Shown piece after piece: positions 1-9,686 of a stretch of 60,486 nt of DNA. A program made the translations under genes and the position numbers. The notes below the pieces were generated by a model, which was given only the letters and a program-made list of their open reading frames with translations, did no database searches and was not told where the DNA came from. Source of the stretch: a virus; IMG/VR virus record IMGVR_UViG_3300012154_000001, positions 1-60,486 of that record, one strand, 5' to 3'. Each line of letters begins with the position of its first letter. Within the stretch, counting starts at the first letter, position 1.

Positions 1-123
1 GTGATCTTGCGGTTGGAGAAAAAGTGACCTTAATGTCATTCAACGCTGGCCAGCGCTACTTTGTCGAAAGGAGTGTGCTCGAATGATACCGCAGGTAAGC
101 GGAGTTACTATTGATCAAATTGA
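1..123. repeat. Terminal direct repeat, copy 1 (identical to 60364..60486)
   Basis: Bases 1-123 recur exactly at 60364-60486. The unique unit is 60363 bp, a typical circular-closure overlap. Confidence 0.95.
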
Positions 124-487
124 TGTAGTTCAATATCCGACATTCACGTACCGCGTCACTGATAATCAGATTTCTGGCAACGTGGACGGGATTGAAGCGA
201 TACAACAGGCGGTATATCATATTCTATCAACGGAGCGTTATGCGTACCCGATTTACAGTGACAATCGCGGGGTTGAATTTAAGAAATATATCGGCAGGCC
301 GTTCTCTTTTTTGCGCGATACAATACAAAAAACACTAAGAGACGCGCTATTGCAAGACGACCGAATTACGGCGGTTTCGGTCATAAATGTAAGTCGGACA
401 TCAAGAGACGGGGCACTGATTGAGTTTAAGGTAACAAGCGATAGAGGTACGTTTGGAAGCGAGGTGACGGTAAATGGCATCATTTGA
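83..487 (+). CDS. Baseplate protein, XkdS-like (DUF2634-type)
   Basis: 134 aa with AAAGGAG SD. Lies between the XkdR-like and baseplate-J-like genes, in PBSX gene order. Confidence 0.55.
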   Translation: MIPQVSGVTIDQIDVVQYPTFTYRVTDNQISGNVDGIEAIQQAVYHILSTERYAYPIYSDNRGVEFKKYIGRPFSFLRDTIQKTLRDALLQDDRITAVSVINVSRTSRDGALIEFKVTSDRGTFGSEVTVNGII

Positions 488-1568
488 CGAAACATTGACA
501 CGGATGCTTGCAAGAGTATCCACAGCACGGGACAAAAGGCAGGGATCAATCATATACGACACTCTTGCGCCGGTGGCTGCGGAATTAGCGCAACAGAGCA
601 TCGTGGCGACGATTTTTCAAGAGCAGGTGTCAATATTGTCCGCTGTCGGCGTCAATCTGGAAAATCTGGCCGCCAACCATGGTATCACGAGGAATCAGGC
701 GACCAGAGCAATCAGAATCGGCGAAATGGCCGATACGGACGGCAATCCCATTGATTTGACCATTGGGAGCCGCTTTTCCGTTCCTGCGCTTTCTGGTGGG
801 CAGATTTTCGTGTTAACCGAGAGATTTGAAGTCACCGGCCGCTGTCTTTTGGAATGCGAAACCGCCGGTACTGTCGGAAATACATATTTGGGTCCCGTTT
901 TGCCGCTGTTTACCATTAATAACCTGGGTTCCGCTGCCATCACCGGAACATACACGCCGGGGGAAGATACGGAAACCGACGAGGAACTAAGAAAGCGTAT
1001 AATCGAAAGAATTAACAATCGCGCATTCGGCGGCAATGTTTCCGATTACAAGCAGTTCACAACAGCTATTCCGGGTGTCGGGGCGGCCAAAATTTTTCCG
1101 GTCTGGGATGGTGGCGGCACGGTGATGGTATCCATCATTGATGCAGAATATAACCCTGCCACAAGCGAGTTTATTGGCGTTGTGCAGACTGCAATAGACC
1201 CCGTTCCGAACAGCGGAGAAGGGCTTGGAATAGCCCCAATTGGGCATCGGGTGACGGTTGTAACGCCTGATAAATTAAGCATTAATATAACCGCTTCCGT
1301 GAATCTGCAAACCGGCTACACGATTGGTCAGTTACAATCATTGATCGAAGATGCTTTGCTTGAATACATACTGGAAGTGCGGAAACAGTGGTCTGATTCC
1401 GATGGCTTGTCAATATTTGTCGCACGCATAACATCCGCTATAATCAGTCTGCCGGGAATCAACAATGTTACAAATGTATTAATTAATGGTTCGCCGATGG
1501 ATTTAAACATTCAGCAATCGCCCTTGTCCCAGCGCCTGCCGGTACTCGAAAGTGTGGTGATCAATTAA
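474..1568 (+). CDS. Baseplate J-like protein (XkdT-like)
   Basis: 364 aa with GAGGTGA SD. Size, position and an ETDEELRKRI-type segment are typical of baseplate J. Overlaps its neighbours. Confidence 0.75.
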   Translation: MASFDETLTRMLARVSTARDKRQGSIIYDTLAPVAAELAQQSIVATIFQEQVSILSAVGVNLENLAANHGITRNQATRAIRIGEMADTDGNPIDLTIGSRFSVPALSGGQIFVLTERFEVTGRCLLECETAGTVGNTYLGPVLPLFTINNLGSAAITGTYTPGEDTETDEELRKRIIERINNRAFGGNVSDYKQFTTAIPGVGAAKIFPVWDGGGTVMVSIIDAEYNPATSEFIGVVQTAIDPVPNSGEGLGIAPIGHRVTVVTPDKLSINITASVNLQTGYTIGQLQSLIEDALLEYILEVRKQWSDSDGLSIFVARITSAIISLPGINNVTNVLINGSPMDLNIQQSPLSQRLPVLESVVIN

Positions 1569-2104
1569 TGTTAAGAGATTTTTATAATCGCATCTATGAT
1601 GACAACATAGATATTCAGGAAATCATAAATGCGATTCAGCCAGAATTGGATATATTGGCTGAATCTGTTGAAAATTCATTCCGTGATGCGTTTCCGGTAA
1701 TAGCTACGGAACGGGGTGTTTTGCAGTGGGAAAATGCCTTAAGCATAATTTCCGATCCACTGACCGAAACGCTGGACTTTAGGCGTGGCCGAATATTGAA
1801 CAGGTTGATTAGTGATATCCCGTATACAGAAACAGCATTGCGGGATATTATGAACAACATTATGGGTTCCGGTGGCTGGTCTTACGAATTGAATTATCGT
1901 GCCCATACATTAAATATCTCCAGCCTGCGACACGGAAAAAACTGGGTAAATGAAGTGAAAATAACGATTGACAAGATTATTCCGGCAAATCTGGTGTATA
2001 CACTCACTATCAGATACAATCAGCACCAAGCACTAAGCGATTACACACATGGATTTTTGGGGCAATTTACGCATCTTAAAATCAGAGAGGAGGACTTGGG
2101 ATAA
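1568..2104 (+). CDS. Tail/baseplate protein, XkdU-like (DUF2313-type)
   Basis: 178 aa, TAATG coupling to the baseplate J gene. Position is conserved in PBSX-like tails. Confidence 0.55.
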   Translation: MLRDFYNRIYDDNIDIQEIINAIQPELDILAESVENSFRDAFPVIATERGVLQWENALSIISDPLTETLDFRRGRILNRLISDIPYTETALRDIMNNIMGSGGWSYELNYRAHTLNISSLRHGKNWVNEVKITIDKIIPANLVYTLTIRYNQHQALSDYTHGFLGQFTHLKIREEDLG

Positions 2105-3024
2105 TGGCAAGTTTTACGGAGAATTACAATTTGATCAAACCAAGCCCAGAGGACGTTTATAATATCGGTGATTTTAATGGTAATGCCGATATTATTGATG
2201 CAGAATTGAAAGATAGGGTGCCGAGAACCGGTGATATTTCCAATACACAAATAATGACATTCGACACAATCACTGGAGATTTTCCCGTGCCGGCGGCGGG
2301 CGAAACAACAAGAACGGTCATCGGTAAAATTCGAAAATTCATTCAAGATTTTAACAATTTCAAAACCGGCATTCTTACCGTGGGTATGCTGGTCAATAAT
2401 GCTGTTACTAATAACTCGCAGTTGCCAGTGTCGGCAGCGGTGGCCAAAGTACTGCAAGATCAAATCACACAAACAAATAGCGATTTAACCGCGGGATTAA
2501 GCGGCAAGGCACCCGTCGGGCATGCTAGCAGTGCAACAACTTATGGCATCGGAAATGCCAGCAATTATGGACACGTCAGGATATCTGATAGCTATACCAG
2601 TTCCAGTGGAGCTGCAAGTGCAGGAATGACAGCTAGCAGCGCAGCGGTATATAATGCATATTCATCACTTCTGAACAGTATGGGGACATGGTTTAGTAGT
2701 TCAGTTGCGAACGCCGGAAATATGAATGTTATCATAAACTACAGCGGCCTTGATTTAATTGGTTTTCAGATACAATTTTACACTGATGTTTATATTATCA
2801 CGGCAGTACCATCACAAATGGCGACAGGCTCAATTGGTCAAGCGGGTTTTAATTATACTTCCATAATATCTTCGAGTAATATATTACAAGGAATCAGTGC
2901 CATCAACAACGGAGATGGGACAGTGAGAATAAAGCTGATCCTATCCACGGGAGTTATCGGCGGAAACATAAAACTTTTTTACCCGAGACAAAGCGTTTCA
3001 AGCATAGCTTTTTCTGCGGTTTAA
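2104..3024 (+). CDS. Tail fibre / receptor-binding protein
   Basis: N-terminus is YNLIKPSPEDVYNIGDFNGNADIID, a conserved fibre N-terminal type. The C-terminal half is Ser/Ala/Gly-rich. Confidence 0.6.
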   Translation: MASFTENYNLIKPSPEDVYNIGDFNGNADIIDAELKDRVPRTGDISNTQIMTFDTITGDFPVPAAGETTRTVIGKIRKFIQDFNNFKTGILTVGMLVNNAVTNNSQLPVSAAVAKVLQDQITQTNSDLTAGLSGKAPVGHASSATTYGIGNASNYGHVRISDSYTSSSGAASAGMTASSAAVYNAYSSLLNSMGTWFSSSVANAGNMNVIINYSGLDLIGFQIQFYTDVYIITAVPSQMATGSIGQAGFNYTSIISSSNILQGISAINNGDGTVRIKLILSTGVIGGNIKLFYPRQSVSSIAFSAV

Positions 3025-3096
3025 TAATTAATTGATTCATTGAAGAATAGTTTACAATAAATCTTAACACGAAAATCAAAGAAAAGGAGTGTGAAA

Positions 3097-3801
3097 ATGG
3101 AGGCAATTAAAATTGGAAACAATAAGAAATTATACAATATCGAGAGTATTCATCCGCAAACACCAAATATTATGCAGATCATCTTCGCCGACGAGGTTCC
3201 GACGAGCTGGGGAAAAATCACATTATACACATCCGGCGGCGAAGAGGCAACCACTATAACTGGATACGAAACAATATATCGGAACAAAGGCCGAACGATA
3301 TATCTTAGCAATGATGGCAGCACGTATCAAGCGCCGACCGATACGCCGCAGGAACCGCCAGAACCATACACACCAACCTTACCAGAACGGCGGCTATCCA
3401 AGTTACAAGAGATAGCAACGGCTTGCGCTATGGTTATTGCGGCCGGCTTTGATGTGCGATTATCTGACGGCGGTATAGAACACTACAGCCTGACCGAAAC
3501 AGACCAAATCAATCTATCGGCAGCGGTGGCAGCGGTACAAGCTGGCGCTGCGACATATCCTTATCACGCAGACGGTACATTGTGCAAATTGTACCAAGCG
3601 GCAGACATCATAAGTATCGGCATAGCTGCGACAGAACACAAACTATACCACACAACGTACTGTAATCACCTCAACGCATGGATTCGTCGCGCCGAATCAT
3701 TTGCGGAGCTTGACACTATCGGTTATGGCGTGGCTTTGCCGGCCGATCTGGCTGATAACATGGATGCCATTATTGCGGCGGTGTCCGGAGGGAACGCATG
3801 A
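3097..3801 (+). CDS. Tail-fibre-associated protein, DUF4376/XkdW-like
   Basis: AAGGAG lies 7 nt before ATG 3097; the ORF-track GTG 3091 is too close to the SD. The C-terminal half resembles DUF4376. Confidence 0.45.
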   Translation: MEAIKIGNNKKLYNIESIHPQTPNIMQIIFADEVPTSWGKITLYTSGGEEATTITGYETIYRNKGRTIYLSNDGSTYQAPTDTPQEPPEPYTPTLPERRLSKLQEIATACAMVIAAGFDVRLSDGGIEHYSLTETDQINLSAAVAAVQAGAATYPYHADGTLCKLYQAADIISIGIAATEHKLYHTTYCNHLNAWIRRAESFAELDTIGYGVALPADLADNMDAIIAAVSGGNA

Positions 3802-4214
3802 AACAATTGATCAAGTGCTTAACCCTGCTGCTTACCGGCGGCGGGCTGTATGTCGTGATTGAACTACTCTGGCGCGGATACAGCCACTGGACTATGTTTG
3901 TTTTGGGCGGCATCTGTTTTGTCTGTCTGGGGCTGATCAATGAGATCATGCCATGGGAAATGCCACTCTGGCGGCAGGTATTGATTGGAACATGCATCGT
4001 AACGGCCTTAGAGTTCCTGACTGGTTGTGTTGTTAATCTGTACCTCGGGTGGGCAATATGGGATTACAGCGGTATGTGGGGGAATATTCTCGGCCAAGTG
4101 TGTCCGCAATACATGATACTGTGGATGCCGGTATCACTGATCGGGATTATATTGGATGATTGGCTTAGATATTGGTGGTTCGGACAGAAGCGGCCGCATT
4201 ACAAATTGACATGA
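3798..4214 (+). CDS. Polytopic membrane protein (DUF1113 / putative ABC-transporter type IV-like) in the lysis cassette
   Basis: 138 aa with about 4 hydrophobic helices and a WDYS...G..C motif. Immediately upstream of the holin. Confidence 0.5.
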   Translation: MKQLIKCLTLLLTGGGLYVVIELLWRGYSHWTMFVLGGICFVCLGLINEIMPWEMPLWRQVLIGTCIVTALEFLTGCVVNLYLGWAIWDYSGMWGNILGQVCPQYMILWMPVSLIGIILDDWLRYWWFGQKRPHYKLT

Positions 4215-4273
4215 GCAACAATCCACCTGCGGGTGGTTATTTTATTTTACAAAACGAAAGCGAGGAATTAAGA

Positions 4274-4468
4274 ATGAGTAAAGAATGGGTAAAAGCAGCG
4301 GGCGTGAGAGCATTGAAGACCTTTTGCCAGACTGGCTTGACAATGATTACAGTCGGACAGGCGGTGTCCGATGTTGATTGGCTTGGAATGCTGTCTATTT
4401 CGGCAGTAGCGGCGGTGGCTTCCGTGATGACATCGGTACTTACTGGCATGCCGGAAGTGACGGAATAA
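4274..4468 (+). CDS. Holin (small, phi LC3-type by resemblance)
   Basis: Internal ATG 4274 with a GAGGAA SD. 64 aa with two hydrophobic segments and a charged C-terminus, directly upstream of the endolysin. Confidence 0.65.
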   Translation: MSKEWVKAAGVRALKTFCQTGLTMITVGQAVSDVDWLGMLSISAVAAVASVMTSVLTGMPEVTE

Positions 4469-4528
4469 TTGCGATATCGCAACACTGACTGGGTCGGGAA
4501 TGTTCCGGCCCTTTTTGATCGGAGGATT

Positions 4529-5917
4529 ATGTCACAGATATTTATAGGATTAATCGCCGAAGCTGCCCGAGCTGATATGAAGACATCCGGCATCCTTGCA
4601 AGCGTTACAATCGCTCAGGCCTGCTTGGAATCGGCATATGGAACCAGTGAACTGGCGGTCATGGCAAACAATCTATTCGGCATGAAAGCCGTGCTGTCCG
4701 GCAACACATGGGCATCGGAGTGGGATGGCAGAACATACGGCAAGGAAACTAAGGAGCAGGATTCCGCCGGCAATGAATACACGATCACGGCAGCCTTTCG
4801 CAAGTATCAATCGCTTGCGCAGTCCATCAAGGATCACGGTGATTACTTGTTGGGAGCCATGAACGGGAACAACTTGCGCTATGCTGGTCTTTCCGGCTGC
4901 ACGGATTACCGAACGGCAGCGCAGATCATCAAGGCGGGCGGTTATGCGACTGATACGGCCTACGTAGACAAGCTATGCTCGGTTATTGAGAGTAACAATC
5001 TAACCCAGTACGACGGAGGGAAAACGATGAAAATATGTCTTGATGCAGGGCATTATGGAAAATACAATCAGTCACCGGCAGACAGCCGGTATTATGAATC
5101 AGACATGGCGTGGAAACTGACAGAGTTACAAAAAAAGTACTTACAGCAACATGGATTTGAGGTCATTACCACGCGCCCTAATCAGGCAACTGACAGGGAT
5201 TTGTATGATCGCGGAGCAGCATCCAAAGGTTGTGATCTATTCATCTCCAATCACTCAAATGCTGTAGCAAGCACAGTCAATAATAGTGTCGACTATCCCG
5301 CTGCTTATTGCGCTATAAATCACTCTGCGGACGCTGTAGGGCTTTTGCTGGCACAAGTGGTGGAAAGTTACATCGGAACCAAACAGGTTGCCAGAATCCA
5401 AAATAGAAGCGGCAATAACGGTGATTATTATGCTGTGCTTCGAGGGGCTACGGCAGTAGGAACGCCGGGGTTAATCCTGGAGCATTCGTTTCATACCAAC
5501 GCAGCCTCCACGGCCTGGTTGCTTGATGATAATAACCTTGACCGGCTGGCACAGGCAGAAGCGTCCGCGATAGCAATGCATTACGGCGTTACCGTAACAG
5601 TGAAATCCGGATGGATCGAGGAGAATGGTGGCTGGCGCTATTACAATGGCGACACGGGCAGTTATGTAGCTAACGATTGGGTGCTTGATGGCGGCAAATG
5701 GTATTGGTTCGACGCTGCCGGGATGATGGTGGCAAACGTCTGGTACATGCATAACGGCCATTGGTATTATCTTGGTGCAGACGGGGTTATGCTGAAAGGC
5801 TTGCAGGATATTGGCGGGAAGTGGTACTATTTGAATGGAAATGGCGAAATGGCAACGGAGCCGGTCACGCTAACACCTGACAGAGATGGCGCATTGCAAT
5901 ACCCGGGCATTGGATAA
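4529..5917 (+). CDS. Modular endolysin: glucosaminidase + Amidase_3 + cell-wall-binding repeats
   Basis: GGAGG precedes ATG 4529. Glucosaminidase-type N-terminus (AQACLESAYGTS...NNLFGMKA). Amidase_3 core (MKICLDAGHYG...SNHSNA). C-terminal GW/YY repeats of CW_binding_1 type. Confidence 0.9.
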   Translation: MSQIFIGLIAEAARADMKTSGILASVTIAQACLESAYGTSELAVMANNLFGMKAVLSGNTWASEWDGRTYGKETKEQDSAGNEYTITAAFRKYQSLAQSIKDHGDYLLGAMNGNNLRYAGLSGCTDYRTAAQIIKAGGYATDTAYVDKLCSVIESNNLTQYDGGKTMKICLDAGHYGKYNQSPADSRYYESDMAWKLTELQKKYLQQHGFEVITTRPNQATDRDLYDRGAASKGCDLFISNHSNAVASTVNNSVDYPAAYCAINHSADAVGLLLAQVVESYIGTKQVARIQNRSGNNGDYYAVLRGATAVGTPGLILEHSFHTNAASTAWLLDDNNLDRLAQAEASAIAMHYGVTVTVKSGWIEENGGWRYYNGDTGSYVANDWVLDGGKWYWFDAAGMMVANVWYMHNGHWYYLGADGVMLKGLQDIGGKWYYLNGNGEMATEPVTLTPDRDGALQYPGIG

Positions 5918-6011
5918 CCTCTCGAATTCGATAGGTTTAAATAACCATTTTGTTGACATTAACAAAATGGTATGGACATATCAGATAAAATAATATGACG
6001 GTGGTGATTAA

Positions 6012-6293
6012 ATGGACACGAATACAATACAGCTAATGTGCACTATTGTTTGCTGCTGTCTTGCTGCTGCTTCCTTTTGGCGAAGCGGTAATACAGACAG
6101 TGCGAGAGAAAATGAACGCTGGGGAGCGTTCAATAAAGAAATGGAGTATGTGCGCAAGGATTTGGACGAGATCAAGAATCTGGTCGGGCAAAATTCCAGA
6201 GATACAAAAGATTCTATCAGGCGCGTGCATGACCGTCTGGACGAACACTTAAGAAAAGAACACAATCAGACCGTGCCTAAACGCTCTGGTTAA
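6012..6293 (+). CDS. Membrane-anchored coiled-coil protein
   Basis: 93 aa with an N-terminal Cys-rich TM helix followed by a charged helix. Lysis-proximal. Confidence 0.45.
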   Translation: MDTNTIQLMCTIVCCCLAAASFWRSGNTDSARENERWGAFNKEMEYVRKDLDEIKNLVGQNSRDTKDSIRRVHDRLDEHLRKEHNQTVPKRSG

Positions 6294-6305
6294 CAAGGAG
6301 GGATT

Positions 6306-6602
6306 GTGGATATTAACAAAAGAATTGTGGACGTGGAAGAAAGAGTGGAACATCTCAACTTCGCCACGGAAATATTGCAGGAATTGAAGTCGACAATCAA
6401 GCGACTGTGGATAATTTTGATTATAATATTATCGCTATGGGCTGCCACTATTGGTGGATTTGTCTGGTACATTTCGCAATACGACTATATAGGTTACTCG
6501 CAGGATGGAAACGGTTACAACAACGTAAATGTCAACAATGGAGGATCGGTGCAGAATAACAATGGGACAAAAAGTCAAAACGAGACTCAAGAAGAGCGGT
6601 AA
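6306..6602 (+). CDS. XhlA-like membrane protein (coiled coil then TM)
   Basis: GTG start after AAGGAGGG. Architecture matches PBSX XhlA: an N-terminal helix, a TM segment (IILIIILSLWAATIGGFVWYI), then an Asn/Gly-rich tail. Confidence 0.4.
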   Translation: MDINKRIVDVEERVEHLNFATEILQELKSTIKRLWIILIIILSLWAATIGGFVWYISQYDYIGYSQDGNGYNNVNVNNGGSVQNNNGTKSQNETQEER

Positions 6603-6688
6603 CAAAAAAGGCACGGCGGTTAGAAAAACGAAAAAGAAATAAAATCGAGGATGTCACCCAGGGCATTCTTTTTGATTGGAGCAATTTA

Positions 6689-6901
6689 ATGGCCCAGCAG
6701 CTTAAAGTATGCGATTTTACAATGCCGGAAATTGAGCGGTTCCGTGCTCTTTGCAATTTCACATCGGAGGAAATGGAGTTTTTCAACCTTCGGAGCCGGA
6801 ACAAAAGTATCATAGAGATCACTTTCGCCATGAATATATCCAAATCCAAGGCAGATATTTTGTCTAAAAAAGTAAAATCGAAGATTATAAGAGTTTTATA
6901 A
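6689..6901 (+). CDS. Small HTH regulator (sigma-70 region 4 / LuxR-like)
   Basis: 70 aa. The segment FTSEEMEFFNLRSRNKSIIEITFAMNISKSKADILSKKVKSKI fits a region-4-type HTH. Confidence 0.45.
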   Translation: MAQQLKVCDFTMPEIERFRALCNFTSEEMEFFNLRSRNKSIIEITFAMNISKSKADILSKKVKSKIIRVL

Positions 6902-6941
6902 AAAGATAGCGGGTTCCAGATGTCCGGTTCCCGCTATCTTT
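6902..6941. terminator. Bidirectional hairpin terminator between convergent genes
   Basis: AAAGATAGCGGG (6902-6913) pairs with CCCGCTATCTTT (6930-6941), with A/T runs on both sides. Confidence 0.6.
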
Positions 6942-6957
6942 AAGGTTTTGCATGATT

Positions 6958-7155
6958 TTATTTGCTGTTATCAGCAAAGACCAACAGATACTCTTCAACG
7001 TCTTCCAAAGTTCCAAGTTCCCACGGACCAGCCGAACTATTGTCGGTCACATAAAAAGTATCGCCCGATTTATAAAAAGCAAAACTACTATCGCTATAAA
7101 CCCGAAACGCTTCTTCGCTCAATTCGTGCGAATCTGTAAATTCATATCTTTTCAT
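6958..7155 (-). CDS. Hypothetical acidic protein
   Basis: 65 aa, last gene of the minus-strand block. No recognisable family. Confidence 0.45.
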   Translation of the reverse strand: MKRYEFTDSHELSEEAFRVYSDSSFAFYKSGDTFYVTDNSSAGPWELGTLEDVEEYLLVFADNSK

Positions 7156-7200
7156 ATTTGCGCCTCCTTTTCTCCCGGTGATGAGCCGAAGTCAATTTGT

Positions 7201-7698
7201 CTAATCTTTGCGAAACCCCAGGTATTTCATTATTGTATCAGTTTCGTCATTAATTTTTTTATCCGTATATTCATCGGTTCCCCGACATCCGAATTGATCA
7301 GCAAGAGCTTTATGTATGTCATGTCTAAGCGTTTCGCCGGAAGTCAGCGCTGCACGTCGCTCCTTAGCGGCTGCTTCTCGCTGCCGTTCCAAGAGCTCCT
7401 CCTCTTCTTGCTCAGTCCTGAAAACGTTGTCTAATTCGGACTTGCGCCATGACTCCACCTCTTCGAAACGCATATAATCATGATTGTCAAAATTCTGATC
7501 CGCACCATCCTTAAATTCTACCTGCGTAATTTCCTCAATCGGATCATCAAATCCATCGACCATAATATAATAGCCTTTTTCGTCCTTTTTCAAGCAGGAC
7601 TCAATGGCTTCTTTCAGAGAATCAAATACTCCATACACATCGTCACGCTCCTTGCCAAATGATGCCTCATAACGCCCGATGGCTAAAAATTTTCTCAT
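7201..7698 (-). CDS. Hypothetical acidic protein
   Basis: Start moved to MRKFLAIG (GGGAGAAGGG SD), which avoids overlap with the upstream gene. Strongly D/E-rich. Confidence 0.5.
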   Translation of the reverse strand: MRKFLAIGRYEASFGKERDDVYGVFDSLKEAIESCLKKDEKGYYIMVDGFDDPIEEITQVEFKDGADQNFDNHDYMRFEEVESWRKSELDNVFRTEQEEEELLERQREAAAKERRAALTSGETLRHDIHKALADQFGCRGTDEYTDKKINDETDTIMKYLGFRKD

Positions 7699-7702
7699 AT
7701 TA

Positions 7703-7891
7703 TTATTTCCCTTCTCCCGGCGAAGCGGGTTTCCTCGCGCGGTTGTCCGCATTGGGCTCATCTTCATCGACCAGCCAAAATTTACCGCTTTTTTCAGCAG
7801 TTTTCAGAAAGCCTTTTTGTGCTTTCTGTCTGGCTGTGACATCGCTGATGCCGTTTTTACGTGCCCATTCCGATAATAATATTTTGCTCAT
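7703..7891 (-). CDS. MerR/excisionase-like HTH protein (possible Xis)
   Basis: 62 aa. LSEWARKNGISDVTARQKAQKG...FWLVDED resembles excisionase/IS607-type N-terminal HTH domains. Confidence 0.4.
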   Translation of the reverse strand: MSKILLSEWARKNGISDVTARQKAQKGFLKTAEKSGKFWLVDEDEPNADNRARKPASPGEGK

Positions 7892-7894
7892 ATT

Positions 7895-8515
7895 TTACGC
7901 CTCTCCTTTCAATCCTTCCAGTTTAAATTTTGCATTTTCAAGCGCTTCTTTGGTGATACATGAAGGGATATAGCCCTCGCCGCCCTCATTTATCACATTG
8001 TTATAATTCTTGCGCCAAGCTGCATATTCCGCATTGGTCGGCAGCCATTTTTGCCCTTCTGCTTTTTCGATAAACTTGACCAGTTCTGCTTTTTCGGTTT
8101 CGAGCTTCTTCGCTTTTCGCTCTACGATATCCGTAAAGCTATTTTCAAAATCACTCATTGTCTGCGCGATACTATTGTAGATGTCTTCTGGCATTGTTAT
8201 TATGCAAAACTGGCCATCGCTTCTGTGGCCTGCAACATAGTATCTTTCCCCGTTGGCGGTAACGTCTTCATCGGTCATAGTTATATATCCCGTTGCCGCG
8301 TCGCGCAGAACATTCCCACCGCAGTCTATTTCAAATAACCGGGAGCCATTAGCAGAGACCCTGGCGGTGAAAACGATTTTTGATTCGTGGGAAATGGTTC
8401 CACCCCAGCCATCGTCAATCACTTCATCGTAGGCAGCGCGGTATTCACATCCGAGAATATACTCGATCTTGCTCCCCCTTTTGGTTGTCCATGTAAATGT
8501 TTTGTCCTTTTTCAT
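7895..8515 (-). CDS. Hypothetical protein
   Basis: Start at MKKDKTF (AAGGAG SD). 206 aa with a C-terminal coiled coil. Confidence 0.5.
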   Translation of the reverse strand: MKKDKTFTWTTKRGSKIEYILGCEYRAAYDEVIDDGWGGTISHESKIVFTARVSANGSRLFEIDCGGNVLRDAATGYITMTDEDVTANGERYYVAGHRSDGQFCIITMPEDIYNSIAQTMSDFENSFTDIVERKAKKLETEKAELVKFIEKAEGQKWLPTNAEYAAWRKNYNNVINEGGEGYIPSCITKEALENAKFKLEGLKGEA

Positions 8516-8538
8516 TTTTTCTTTCTCCTTTATATTTT

Positions 8539-8844
8539 TTAACACCATGACAATCTGTATTTTTTTATGTCCGTTACCCTGCTGATGTCGATGCAAGTCT
8601 CCTTGCATTCGCCGCCAACTATTTCGCACCAGTACAATTCATCTTCTTCCAGTTCAGCGGTGCCATACATGTAGCTGGTGTAGTCCTGCCAGCCCATGGA
8701 TGATATTCTACTTAGCAGCCAATCAAGCGGATATTCAATATCGTCGAAGTATTCATAATTTTCGGGAAGAACAACGAAGCATTTTTCTCCTTGCAGGCTT
8801 GTTGTTTCGTTTCTATCATATACCCTCAATACCGTTCTTTTCAT
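8539..8844 (-). CDS. Hypothetical protein
   Basis: 101 aa with GGAGGG SD. First gene downstream of the 8877-8906 promoter. Confidence 0.5.
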   Translation of the reverse strand: MKRTVLRVYDRNETTSLQGEKCFVVLPENYEYFDDIEYPLDWLLSRISSMGWQDYTSYMYGTAELEEDELYWCEIVGGECKETCIDISRVTDIKKYRLSWC

Positions 8845-8876
8845 CGCTGTTCCCTCCGTTCTTTATCTTATACCTT

Positions 8877-8906
8877 ATTATACCATCGATGCCGATGGTT
8901 TGTCAA
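8877..8906 (-). promoter_or_regulatory. Sigma-70-type promoter (TTGACA, 18 nt spacer, TGGTATAAT) with a palindromic spacer
   Basis: Minus-strand read: TTGACA-AACCATCGGCATCGATGG-TATAAT. The spacer carries inverted CCATCG/CGATGG arms. Confidence 0.6.
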
Positions 8907-8924
8907 GGGGTTTTTACGAATATT

Positions 8925-9686
8925 TCAAACTTTTTCACATCTGCCCTTGGTTATTTTGTCAAAGCGCTCCGGGTAAGCCTCTTTATACCATTCGAGAAAA
9001 GGCCCGTGCAGTTTTTCTTCCCCTGCTTCCCTCGCTGCCTTTGCCTCATCAAACGTGCCGAATGTTCCGAGGGAATACCACTTTCCTTTGAATCCAATTC
9101 CCGCACGATACTTCCCGGTCTTTTTATTCAGATACACGCCTCTTGCTCCGGTCGTGTTATTTTTGAACATTTTCTTTGACATGATTCTTGTCGCATTCGT
9201 ATTATTCTCTAAGCCAAATGTCTCGACCGCCCTCATCGATGCCTTTTCGTTTTTTAAACATCCACAACTAAGCACGCGTCCTTTTTCCAAGCCCTGCCGT
9301 GCAATGGCCTTAGTTTTGCCACAGTCACATCTGCATTCCCACTTGTCTCGATATCCCCGCTCCCCCGTGGATGCCTTTTTTAGCACCGTCAGCCTGCCGA
9401 AACGTCTCCCTGTCAGGTCTTGATTGTGTACGACTTTTTTCTCGCCAGCTTTGTGTAATGCTTCTTTATGCAAGCAACCGCATGAGCGTGTATCTCCAAT
9501 CAGCAGACTTCTTTCCCTGACGTTTATGGGTGGTTTTCCACATTCACATTCACATTGCCACATTCTTTTATAGTCTTTCGTTTTTTCATTCACCATCCCA
9601 ATCACAGTCAATCTTCCGAATTTTTTGCCTGTCAAATCATTTTTGCAGTTTTGGGGGTGCCTGATAATTTCATTCTTCACTTTCAT
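8925..9686 (-). CDS. AP2-domain DNA-binding protein with duplicated Cys-rich modules
   Basis: Two repeats of FGRLTV...W.C.C.CG...SCGC. C-terminal AP2 signature: ARGVYLNKKTGKYRAGIGFKGKWYSLGTFGTFDEA. Confidence 0.75.
   Translation of the reverse strand: MKVKNEIIRHPQNCKNDLTGKKFGRLTVIGMVNEKTKDYKRMWQCECECGKPPINVRERSLLIGDTRSCGCLHKEALHKAGEKKVVHNQDLTGRRFGRLTVLKKASTGERGYRDKWECRCDCGKTKAIARQGLEKGRVLSCGCLKNEKASMRAVETFGLENNTNATRIMSKKMFKNNTTGARGVYLNKKTGKYRAGIGFKGKWYSLGTFGTFDEAKAAREAGEEKLHGPFLEWYKEAYPERFDKITKGRCEKV

Noticed and set aside
1-123. The terminal repeat as a biologically meaningful direct terminal repeat (DTR) of the virion DNA.
   Set aside because: The repeat cuts through baseplate coding sequence, and the terminase genes lie 20 kb away. 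An assembly closure overlap of a circular or permuted genome is more parsimonious. It stays testable by end mapping.
5944-5971. 11-bp perfect hairpin ACCATTTTGTT-GACATT-AACAAAATGGT after the endolysin gene, with TTGACA in the loop; considered as a promoter or riboswitch-like element.
   Set aside because: No -10 element lies at a suitable distance and no U-tract follows. It is most simply a weak terminator or RNA-stabilising hairpin at the end of the lysis operon, so I did not call it a feature.
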